The translations under genes were made by a program, and so were the position numbers. A stretch of DNA of 32,000 nucleotides from Candidatus Arthromitus sp. SFB-rat-Yit (lineage in GTDB: Bacteria; Bacillota; Clostridia; Clostridiales; Clostridiaceae). Positions 9,002 to 16,376 of this stretch are shown in pieces. Numbering within the stretch: the first letter of the stretch is position 1; every line of letters starts with the position of its first letter. Under the pieces are notes generated by a model. That model searched no databases, was not told where the DNA came from, and saw nothing but the letters and a program-made list of their open reading frames with translations. Where the stretch lies: assembly GCF_000283555.1 (NCBI RefSeq), contig NC_016012.1, positions 1,140,001 to 1,172,000 of the forward strand, given 5' to 3'.

Positions 9002-9526
9002 CTATATCAATTTATCTATTTTCCTACAAACAAAAATAGCTAATCCTAATTTTAATAGATCTGGAATTATGTATGGAAATACACACATTGACAATATCTT
9101 AATAATTGAATACTTAGTCCCAGAAGCTTCATATATTATCCCAAACCACAATGTACCTATTACATAACATATAATTAATCCAATAATAAGAACACCTACC
9201 TTAATTTTTGGATACTTTAAAATCAATCTCCCAAATAAACAATAAAAAAATGCAGTAAATACAAATCCAACAATGTATCCTCCTGTTGGACCTAAAATAT
9301 GTCCGATTCCTCCCCTAAATCCAGAAAATACTGGAAGACCAACACATCCCATAAAAATATATAAAGAAATAGCCAGAAGTCCACATCGACCACCCAATAA
9401 TAATAATGCACAAAAAATTGCAAAAGTCTGCATAGTAAATGGAACTGCAGACGGTATATTAATCCATGAACATACTGCTATAAGACATGTCATCATGGCT
9501 ATTAAAATCATTTTCTTTATCGTCAT
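9002..9526 (-). CDS. bioY: biotin transporter BioY (ECF S-component)
   Basis: BioY pattern: PFTMQTFAIFCALLLLG, VGLPVFSGFRGGIGHILGPTGGYIVGF. The start is set to the ATG at 9526, which has GGAGG 6 nt upstream. Confidence 0.85.
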   Translation of the reverse strand: MTIKKMILIAMMTCLIAVCSWINIPSAVPFTMQTFAIFCALLLLGGRCGLLAISLYIFMGCVGLPVFSGFRGGIGHILGPTGGYIVGFVFTAFFYCLFGRLILKYPKIKVGVLIIGLIICYVIGTLWFGIIYEASGTKYSIIKILSMCVFPYIIPDLLKLGLAIFVCRKIDKLI

Positions 9527-9542
9527 ATTTTTCCTCCGTATA

Positions 9543-10001
9543 TTAAGATTCACTATTTTTTGTCATGAAATAATTTATTAACGCAATACCTCCTCTAATT
9601 GTTTGTAACTCCTCAACAACTACGTATCCTCTTTTTTCAAAAAAAGGTCTTGCGGTAATAGATGCATGTACACTTATAGTGCATCCACTAACCTTTTCTT
9701 CTAACTTATTACAAATTTCAGTTCCAATTCCTTTCCCTTGATAATCATGATGAACATACAATCGATCAATATATCCTAAATAATCAATATCTCCAAATCC
9801 AACAATAATTTCATTATAAATCGCAACCAAACTATAATGTTTTTGTAAAGATTCATTCCATTTCTCAAAATCTATTTGTTCTGTTGCCCAAACATCCAAT
9901 TGATCTTTTGAATAATCTTTTGCATTTATTATATGAACTGTATTATAAAAAAGATTGATAATTTCATTACAATCAGATGGAGTATATTTTCTAACAATCA
10001 T
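9543..10001 (-). CDS. GNAT-family N-acetyltransferase
   Basis: The acetyl-CoA motif reads LYVHHDYQGKGIGTEICNKLE. The start is placed at MIVRKYTPSD (10001). The track's upstream extension is the hydrophobic antisense-like tail overlapping the previous gene. Confidence 0.8.
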   Translation of the reverse strand: MIVRKYTPSDCNEIINLFYNTVHIINAKDYSKDQLDVWATEQIDFEKWNESLQKHYSLVAIYNEIIVGFGDIDYLGYIDRLYVHHDYQGKGIGTEICNKLEEKVSGCTISVHASITARPFFEKRGYVVVEELQTIRGGIALINYFMTKNSES

Positions 10002-10368
10002 ACATAGAAAGCTTATTAATAGCAAGAGAAACTGTAGATTGAAAATAAACATTATTACCTTTATTACTCTCATGCATAAAAGCTTTTAATGAATTACTTG
10101 TATATTTTGAAAAATCTCCATATATTGCAAACCTAACACGATAATTAATAAATTTCTGTAATATTTCCCCTGCTATACATGAACTTAGAATAAAAAAATC
10201 ATCTGAAATAGCTTCTTTATTCAATGCAATATTATTACATCCTGTTTCATACTGAACCGTTGTAATAAAATCTAAAGCAGATTGGGTATCTCTAATTAAT
10301 ACCTTATCACTGCTAACAACTGCAACATCTATATTGTTTCTTTTTACAACTTTTATCTTCATCCTCAA
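9991..10368 (-). CDS. DUF4180-domain protein
   Basis: 125 aa. The pattern FFILSSCIAGEILQKFINYRVRFAIYGDFSKYTSNSLKAFMHESNKGNNVYF matches what I recall of DUF4180. It overlaps the GNAT start by 11 nt, consistent with an operon that includes bioY. Confidence 0.6.
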   Translation of the reverse strand: MRMKIKVVKRNNIDVAVVSSDKVLIRDTQSALDFITTVQYETGCNNIALNKEAISDDFFILSSCIAGEILQKFINYRVRFAIYGDFSKYTSNSLKAFMHESNKGNNVYFQSTVSLAINKLSMYDC

Positions 10369-10536
10369 ACATCCTCCAATTTAATTAACATTTATTAAAA
10401 TATAAAATTTGAATATTTTATATCTAAATTGCAATTACATCATTCTTAAGATTCTGAAACACCCTATAAATATTTCCATATATTCCCTTATTTAGTAAGT
10501 TTATAATATTATAAATTATTATCATGCATAAATATA

Positions 10537-10710
10537 TTATTCAGATAAATTCCCAACCATTAGCAAAATCTCTTTATACATACTACCATTAAAATATTCC
10601 AATACGATTAATCCTCCAACTCTATTCTTCTACAAAAATAAAGCATTTCCTCCGCTTTTATCGTGAATACCTGCACTACTACCTACAGCTCCAATAACAA
10701 TACTATCATA
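10537..10710 (-). pseudogene. N-terminal relic of an FAD/NAD(P)-dependent oxidoreductase (thioredoxin-reductase-like)
   Basis: Minus-strand reading is YDSIVIGAVGSSAGIHDKSGGNALFL*KNRVGGLIVLEYFNGS. It resembles the dinucleotide-binding N-terminus YDvvVIGaGpAG...G..vll.E....GG. It has an internal stop and no downstream body. Confidence 0.35.
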
Positions 10711-10756
10711 TCACGAAAAATACAAACTTTATTTTTTATTTTAATAAACTAGTATT

Positions 10757-10785
10757 TTGAAAATTATTTTAGTAAAAGCTAATAT
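10757..10785 (+). promoter_or_regulatory. candidate sigma-A promoter of the Mn-catalase gene
   Basis: TTGAAA (10757-10762), 17 nt, TAATAT (10780-10785), about 22 nt before the start codon. Confidence 0.45.
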
Positions 10786-10807
10786 AAAAAATCAAAGGAG
10801 TGTTTAT

Positions 10808-11476
10808 ATGTTTAAACATGAAAAACAACTATTATGTAATGTAGAAGTAGAAAGAGCAAACCCATATTATGCAGCACTTTTACAAGAGCAATTAGGTGGT
10901 GCAAATGGTGAATTAAAAGCAGCACTACAATATATGTCACAAAGTTTTAGAATAAAAGATCAAGAAATAAAAGATTTATTTTTAGATATAGCAGCAGAGG
11001 AATTAGGTCATTTGGAAATTATTTCCCAAACTATAATGTTGTTAAATGGACACGATGTAGATGCAACTTCAACACAGAGTGGTCAAATTCAATCTCATGT
11101 ATTATTTGGTTTAAATCCTGGTTTAGTTAATTCATCTGGCTATTCATGGACTGGAGATTATGTTTCAGTTACTGGTGACTTGTGTGCTGATTTATTATCA
11201 AATATAGCTTCAGAACAACGTGCTAAAGTAGTATATGAATATCTATATAGACAAATAGATGATAAAAAAGTTAAACAAACAATTGATTTCTTATTAAACC
11301 GTGAAGAAGCTCATAACGCTATGTTTAGAAAAGCATTTAACAAAATACAAGAAAGCGGATCAAATAAAGATTTTGGAACAACTCCTGATGCAAAAATGTA
11401 TCTTGATCTATCATCACCATCACCATCCAATAATAAATTTTCTAACATAGATGTAAATCACCCTTCATTTAATTAA
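10808..11476 (+). CDS. manganese catalase family protein (CotJC-like)
   Basis: Sequence reads NPYYAALLQEQLGGANGELKAALQYMSQSF...AAEELGHLEII...EQRAKVVYEYL...REEAHNAMF. The start is moved to the ATG at 10808, downstream of AAAGGAG. Confidence 0.9.
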   Translation: MFKHEKQLLCNVEVERANPYYAALLQEQLGGANGELKAALQYMSQSFRIKDQEIKDLFLDIAAEELGHLEIISQTIMLLNGHDVDATSTQSGQIQSHVLFGLNPGLVNSSGYSWTGDYVSVTGDLCADLLSNIASEQRAKVVYEYLYRQIDDKKVKQTIDFLLNREEAHNAMFRKAFNKIQESGSNKDFGTTPDAKMYLDLSSPSPSNNKFSNIDVNHPSFN

Positions 11477-11483
11477 TAAAAAA

Positions 11484-11511
11484 GAGCCTTAAAAATTAAT
11501 TTTTAGGGCTC
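11484..11511 (+). terminator. hairpin downstream of Mn catalase
   Basis: 12-bp stem (GAGCCTTAAAAA / TTTTTAGGGCTC, one G-T pair) with a 4-nt loop. The plus strand has no clean T-run after it, while the A-run before it would serve the minus strand. Confidence 0.4.
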
Positions 11512-11574
11512 AACAAATATACTAGATTAAACATAAATTTAAAATTTTTATTTTATATATTAGTAAACTAACTT

Positions 11575-11712
11575 TTAAATATCGTAATCATCATCTATAT
11601 AAAAATTTAAAGCGTCCTTTTCACCTTTGGATAAAATGTCTATAGATTTAACACAATTATCAATCACATCGCTCTCAGATATTAAAATATCATGATCCCC
11701 TCTATAAAACAT
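11575..11712 (-). CDS. small acidic hypothetical ORF (45 aa), possibly a gene fragment
   Basis: Sequence is MFYRGDHDILISESDVIDNCVKSIDILSKGEKDALNFYIDDDYDI. The RBS is weak (AAGGA, 4 nt spacing) and I recognise no family. Confidence 0.2.
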   Translation of the reverse strand: MFYRGDHDILISESDVIDNCVKSIDILSKGEKDALNFYIDDDYDI

Positions 11713-11782
11713 GAGTCCTTAAGTGTCCTATATGTCTTCCAAACAACAAGTAAATTAGATTTAGAATATTTTATAAGGTTAA

Positions 11783-12043
11783 CTATATAATATAGAGCTG
11801 TAGTCTTAGATTTTTTACTAGCTCGACTACCTTCCACTCTATACCTTCCTCAAGGATTGCCAACGTGGATTTAAATATATTAATATCCTTCAAAGGCTCG
11901 AAGATTGTACCACTGTTTAATAAATGCTCTACATCATAAAACCTAACAGACCCATCATTAAAATAAACATACAAACCATAAGATTCATTAGGTACTACTT
12001 GACATACTTTCGGATAAAAATATATAAAGTCTAAATCTTGCAT
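11783..12043 (-). CDS. DUF2442-domain protein
   Basis: 86 aa with AGGAGGTG 7 nt upstream. The pattern V.P...Y.L.V.F.DG....YDV..LL..G.FEPLKD is typical of DUF2442 as I recall it. Confidence 0.6.
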   Translation of the reverse strand: MQDLDFIYFYPKVCQVVPNESYGLYVYFNDGSVRFYDVEHLLNSGTIFEPLKDINIFKSTLAILEEGIEWKVVELVKNLRLQLYII

Positions 12044-12056
12044 AGCTAAACACCTC

Positions 12057-12317
12057 CTAAATAAGTGGATTTATACAGTTAAGAGGTTTGTCTTGTCTAG
12101 ACAATTCCCAATTCTGCATAAGCTCATCTCTATGGATCTCGCACCAAGCAAGTACAAGTTTTAATTGCCTATTAGGTATGTATCCCTTATCTATTCTACT
12201 TTCCTGTATCAATACAGTAGCTTTATAATCTGCATAGGACACATGAAAATGGAGTTGATTATGCTCGTTCCAATTCATCGTTATTCGTATACCATAAAAC
12301 AAACTTATCTCATGCAT
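12057..12317 (-). CDS. DUF4160-domain protein
   Basis: 86 aa with an AAGGAG RBS. The pattern MHEISLFYGIRITMNWNEHNQLHFHVSYADYKATV...G.IP.RQLKLV..W...H..EL...W is the DUF4160 signature as I recall it. It ends 13 nt before the DUF2442 ATG. Confidence 0.65.
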   Translation of the reverse strand: MHEISLFYGIRITMNWNEHNQLHFHVSYADYKATVLIQESRIDKGYIPNRQLKLVLAWCEIHRDELMQNWELSRQDKPLNCINPLI

Positions 12318-12332
12318 TGAATCATCTCCTTT

Positions 12333-12658
12333 TTAGATCATTTTACCATATATGTTCATAATCAGAAAATGCTCACATGTCAAAATACAGCACATAACAT
12401 TCCGTTGTATATAGAGCTTGTATTAGCTTGTTGATATAATTCAAGATCCCATGGAAGTCCAAACCAAACAATAATGTTACCACCATCTTGCAGATTCAAA
12501 CCATAATCACTCGATGATGGATATGCGATAAGTAATTCAATCTCTCCCCTATTCCATCTATCAATAGTATCTGATGATAACTCTTCGACAAATGAAAAAG
12601 TGCTTTTAATCCTATCTACATCGTGATAATACTGATAAAAACATAAAATAGGACTATC
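12333..12658 (-). pseudogene. SNF2-family helicase, C-terminal fragment
   Basis: The minus strand reads ..PILCFYQYYHDVDRIKSTF..DTIDRWNRGEIELLIAYPSSSDYGLNLQDGGNIIVWFGLPWDLELYQQAN, then shifts frame to KLYIQRN... This matches helicase motifs V-VI of phage SNF2 proteins (..AGHGLNLQ.GG...W..L.WSLELYQQAN.RL.RQGQ). There is no start codon, and about 400 N-terminal aa are missing. Confidence 0.7.
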
Positions 12659-12667
12659 TAAGGTACT

Positions 12668-12884
12668 CTAAACTATCTCTTCTAGCTTATTTAATTTATC
12701 ATACATAACCATTTATATTTTTCGTAGCTTTTCACCCTTCCGCTTAAACTCTACAAAAAACATTCTCCCACTAGGTAAAAGGATCTCTTTCTGGTATACC
12801 AACAAATCCATTCAGTTTTATACACACCCCTCCATTAGATTCGATCTTAGTTTTAAAGTACTTCTCAATAGTTTTTTCTAGCAT
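12668..12884 (-). pseudogene. VRR-NUC domain nuclease, frameshifted
   Basis: Reading is MLEKTIEKYFKTKIESNGGVCIKLNGFVGIPERDPFT*, then in other frames ..MFFVEFKRKGEKLRKI..MYDKLNKLEEIV*. The G-x-P-(D/E)..f-V-E-x-K core is recognisable but is split across frames. Confidence 0.55.
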
Positions 12885-12949
12885 AAAAACTTCCCTAAAT
12901 TTATTAATATAAACTGTATATCCTCCAAACCCTTATAATATATAGAATA

Positions 12950-13290
12950 CCAAATACCGATGCCCACATTTATGACTACAAACATTTTGAAAATGTTTTA
13001 ACTGTTAACATCGTTATGTTTAAATCCTCATGTACAATTCCTTCGAGTGGGTTGTGTTTGGTATGTCGATCCTGTTGTTGTTTTGCTAAGTCATTAGCCT
13101 ATTTATCTAATATCAATAATTCACCAGTTTTGTAATATTTCACTGCTTCTGCCCATATCTGATCTACTTCATACATGTTTAGCTCTTTCCACAAATCTCT
13201 CTAAAAACTCTAATAAGCTTATCCTACTTAATTTTAATTTCCCGAATTTCAATACTGATAATAATCTTAACCGTATTAATGTATATACAT
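12950..13290 (-). pseudogene. VapE/P4-type primase-helicase, C-terminal relic
   Basis: The minus strand reads ..MYEVDQIWAEAVKYYKTGELLILDK*ANDLAKQQQDRHTKHNPLEGIVHEDL... This resembles the conserved VapE C-terminal block (DQLWAEA..Y..GE...L......A...Q......D..E.I). Boundaries are approximate. Confidence 0.45.
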
Positions 13291-13384
13291 ACCCCGTATT
13301 AGTTTAAGTAACTTTGACACCTCAAGTACAGCGTATAAAATATCATTCACTTACTATTTTCTTTTATATTTATACAACACTACT

Positions 13385-13630
13385 ACGGATACTTCTGATG
13401 TTGTGATAGTCAAAAAACAAAATGATATCAATTCAGCCAATATAGCTATAATCCGCGTTAATGGCGATGATGCTACATGTAAAAAAATAATAAAACACAA
13501 GGACTGTATAAACCTTGTGTCTCTAAATCCAAAATATGACCCTATTTACTATGATAGAAATGACATTGTAAACAAACCTATCCACATATTTACGCAACAA
13601 AAAGAAAGCTTTTTGATAAAGCTTTCTTAA
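13385..13630 (+). pseudogene. LexA/phage-repressor S24 peptidase domain, C-terminal fragment
   Basis: DVVIVKKQNDINSANIAIIRVNGDDATCKKIIKHKDCINLVSLNPKYDPIYY....NKPIHIF follows the S24 pattern GD.viv.kq.....GdIav....g.eaT.K......i.L.p.Np.y.p. There is no HTH domain and no catalytic Ser region upstream. Confidence 0.55.
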
Positions 13631-13962
13631 AATAATCTTAATAAATATCTAACTCTATGCCAAAATCATCCTCAGTCAATAATTCCTCTTTTTCCAATTA
13701 ATTCATATAATGCATCATTTCCTTAATAATCTTCCTCTATTAATTATTTCTCTAAAATTGTACTTCTTAAGAATTAATTACATTTGTAAATCTATCTGCC
13801 TTATCTTGATCTATATATCCAGCATATAAAATCCCTTGCTCAACATAATCATAATAATATTGAAATTTTGATCTGTAATAACCTCTTGTGTAGTTTGTGT
13901 TACATTAGTCATATGCTATAGATTTCACATTAGTAATTTTAAAAAATTATGTATTTAAACCG

Positions 13963-13997
13963 AAAAAGTGTATGAACCTAAATTCATATACTTTTTT
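13963..13997. terminator. bidirectional-type terminator hairpin
   Basis: 14-bp stem AAAAAGTGTATGAA / TTCATATACTTTTT (one G-T pair) with a 6-nt loop. It is flanked by A5 and T6 runs. Confidence 0.5.
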
Positions 13998-14065
13998 AAT
14001 ATCACTTCCCAATTCATTATTAAATGGATTTTTAAATATGAAATGTTGATTTGGTCAAATATTTA

Positions 14066-14094
14066 TTGTACAATGTAAACTATAGTTGTATATT
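14066..14094 (+). promoter_or_regulatory. candidate promoter for the structured RNA
   Basis: TTGTAC (14066-14071), 17 nt, TATATT (14089-14094). A second perfect TATAAT at 14113-14118 lacks a well-spaced -35. AT-rich background makes chance hits likely. Confidence 0.3.
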
Positions 14095-14119
14095 ATTTAC
14101 ATTTCATGTATCTATAATG

Positions 14120-14224
14120 TACACTACGAGCTAACTTGGGAAGGATTAAGGCTGGGTTCCTATTAGGAGTAGGTTTTATTTAAAACTTAGAATTCCTTTG
14201 CCCCTGGGGTTAGCTCATTTTTTT
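14120..14224 (+). ncRNA. candidate structured small RNA, class unknown, cis-antisense to the DUF3644 3' end
   Basis: The closing helix GAGCTAACTT (14128-14137) pairs with GGGTTAGCTC (14207-14216). Further pairs are GGG/CCC (14138-40 with 14202-04) and AAGGA/TCCTT (14141-45 with 14194-98). Apical hairpins lie inside, and a T7 run (14218-14224) follows immediately. The 5' end is uncertain (14101-14125). Confidence 0.35.
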
Positions 14225-14926
14225 AATATTATCAGGATTTTTTTGTATTAATTCTACAATAAAATTTACACACTTCATTGAATACTTGTAAGATGGAGTA
14301 TTGTCAATATTATTCACATCACAAAAATCTTTATTTTCCTTAATTTTATACATTTTATCGATTAATCCAAATGTACGGTTATCAATTCTAAACTTGATTT
14401 CCAATTTTTCTAATTCATTATTTATTTCCTTAAATAAATTCTTTTTGCTATAAATATATGTACTATTGACACTCTTCATCATTCCGTCTTTGATATGTTT
14501 ATCAATTATACAATTGCATATATCAATCCCATGAAACTCATGCATTTTTACTGCAAAATTTACTATACAATGCTCTATCTTACTCATCAGACTTGAGTCA
14601 ATTTTATCATTAACATAATGTACAATTGAGTTTCGGTATCTAATTATTTGCTCCAAATACTTACGTAGCATATCATTTTTATTCGTGAATACTTTTTTCA
14701 CACATTCATTTAAACTAATAGTCCTGCCCTTATTTTGTTTATCCTTATAAAATATACCTTCAGGCCCATCTCTACTAATTAAATAGCTCTTTAGCATTAA
14801 TTCCCAAGCATTACATAATAAAATACATACTGCCTCAGTTTTATAAGCAGGTTTACTATAACAATAATACATATAATTAACTATTGTAAAAGCCTCTCTA
14901 GACTTTTCGATCAATTTTTCCTTCAT
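14210..14926 (-). CDS. DUF3644-domain protein
   Basis: The start is set at the ATG at 14926 with GGAGG 8 nt upstream; the track GTG at 14935 is inside the RBS. The core YKTEAVCILLCNAWELMLKSYLI...IFYKDK...RTISLNECVKKVF...YLEQIIRYRNSIVHY matches what I recall of DUF3644. Confidence 0.55.
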   Translation of the reverse strand: MKEKLIEKSREAFTIVNYMYYCYSKPAYKTEAVCILLCNAWELMLKSYLISRDGPEGIFYKDKQNKGRTISLNECVKKVFTNKNDMLRKYLEQIIRYRNSIVHYVNDKIDSSLMSKIEHCIVNFAVKMHEFHGIDICNCIIDKHIKDGMMKSVNSTYIYSKKNLFKEINNELEKLEIKFRIDNRTFGLIDKMYKIKENKDFCDVNNIDNTPSYKYSMKCVNFIVELIQKNPDNIKKMS

Positions 14927-15029
14927 ATTACACACCTCCTTTATATTTCACCAACAATTATAACAAGTTAATACTCAATAATAAACTAATCTTTACTTTT
15001 TTATCTACTTCCTTGTAAAGTTAAATCAA

Positions 15030-16113
15030 AAAAAGATGTGGAAGATAAAATGTAAAAGCTAATTGACAATCTTTCTGAAACTAGAACTGCTATTGTGAAT
15101 ACTACAGAAGGAAGTAAGGATTTACTAGCTACTTTACTAGATTTAAAGGAAAAAGAAACAGAAAACCAAGTTACTTATTGTCACTTTCAATCGCTACGAA
15201 GCCAATATACAGCTGATATAAAAATTATCATTTATTGTAAATGAAGAGGTACATCTAATCTCTGTTGGTAAAAATAAAAAATGTCCTTTTTGTGATGGTA
15301 ATATGCAACCAGCAGAGAGAAAATCATACATTAAAGCATCAAGAGCTGAACTGAATCGCATAATTACTCAATTGCAGAGCTTATATGAAATTTAAGAAGA
15401 TGTATTTCACCATTAATCATTAAAATGAGGTTCGTGGAAAAATCGATCATCTTGAAAGACAAAGATCATGGATGGATAAATTAATCGAAACTTAACTTAC
15501 TCCTCAACCTAATAAACTAAGAATCAACTGCATTGCAAAACGTTTCACAAAAGTGGATTGCTGAATTATAAAAACAAGAAAGTTATGATTTGGATAACCC
15601 TAAGTCTAAACCAAAAGAACTCTTCCCTATCGATTTTAATACACGTATAGATGAAATATCATATTCAATTTTGGTTAACTAAAAATACGAGAATTTGAAT
15701 ACGGATCATTTCAACATGGAAACATTTGATTTAAAAATAAATAGCTATGCAAAAGAAGATATTTATGATAATGGTTACTGGGCTTTTATCAATACAGTTA
15801 TCTGATTAACTTTTAGACAATATTTACATAAAAATGCCCGCATAAGCCAGGAATTTTTGTAGTAGATACACCCTTTACTTGGTATGGATCAAGGTGTTTA
15901 TGATACTCCTACAAGTATGAGAACACCCTATTCCAGTACTTTATTGACAATCAATCCGAGGGACAAATGATAGTTGTAGAAAACACAAAGGAGCTTCCAG
16001 ATTTAGATTATGAGGCTAGAGATGCTAAGGTAATAGAATTTACACATGGCAAATATGTAAATAAGTACAAAGAAAGTCGCTATGGTTTTTTACACAATGT
16101 ATATAGCGATTAG
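15030..16113 (+). pseudogene. SMC/Rad50-like ABC ATPase, C-terminal half, heavily decayed
   Basis: Pieces in all three frames: coiled-coil text (KLIDNLSETRTAIVNTTEGSKDLLATLLDLKEKETENQ); a CxxC hook-like element (GKNKKCPFCDGNMQP); a Walker-B/D-loop-like block (PGIFVVDTPF..G(M/L)DQGV); and the tail GQMIVVENTKELPDLDYEARDAKVIEFTHGKYVNKYKESRYGFLHNVYSD*. There are at least 8 stops or frameshifts. No Walker-A half is present. Confidence 0.5.
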
Positions 16114-16114
16114 G

Positions 16115-16352
16115 ATAAAATCCAATAAAGCAGATATAAAAATGCTCAGAATTAGATGCAAAAAACTCTAGGAAATGCTAATTAATAAAAATATGAATAA
16201 ACAAGATTTAAAAATGCCACCGGTATAAATTCTACCTCTATTCTATAGCAAAGCTTGGAAGAGACGAGAATATTACTACGGATATTCTGCTTAAAATATG
16301 TGAAGCTCTTAATTATAAACTTCAAAATATAATAGAGACGATAAAAGAATAA
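16115..16352 (+). pseudogene. XRE-family HTH regulator (possible R-M controller), frameshifted
   Basis: Fragments across frames read ..IKMLR.., ..NMNKQDLKNATGINSTSI.., ..SIAKLGRDENITTDILLKICEALNYKLQNIIETIKE*. The C-terminal block is the usual ..tL.kiCeaLnc...di.e ending of small Cro/CI-type proteins. It ends 24 nt before the nuclease start. Confidence 0.5.
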
Positions 16353-16376
16353 TATAAGTGTATGGAGGAATTTACA

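Noticed and set aside
12889-12915. A dif-like sequence, ACTTCCCTAAATTTATTAATATAAACT, resembling the B. subtilis dif site ACTTCCTAGAATATATATTATGTAAACT. It raised the idea of a Xer-dependent integration site (IMEX).
   Set aside because: Only the outer ACTTCC and AT(A/G)TAAACT blocks match, and they are spaced 1 nt closer than in a functional 11-6-11 site. Gene orientation does not switch across the window, so this is not the terminus. Partial matches are plausible by chance in AT-rich DNA. A comparison with the genome's true dif would settle it.
14128-14216. The terminal inverted repeats of the structured RNA candidate could be retron a1/a2 repeats (msr-msd).
   Set aside because: There is no reverse transcriptase gene anywhere in the window. 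The DNA downstream on that strand is antisense to the DUF3644 gene, and there is no conserved branching-G context that I can identify.
15030-16352. The many in-frame stops in the ATPase and HTH region could reflect an alternative genetic code or programmed recoding rather than decay.
   Set aside because: All core genes in the same window read cleanly in the standard code. The disruptions are a mix of TAA/TAG/TGA stops and +1/-1 shifts, and half of the ATPase gene is physically missing.
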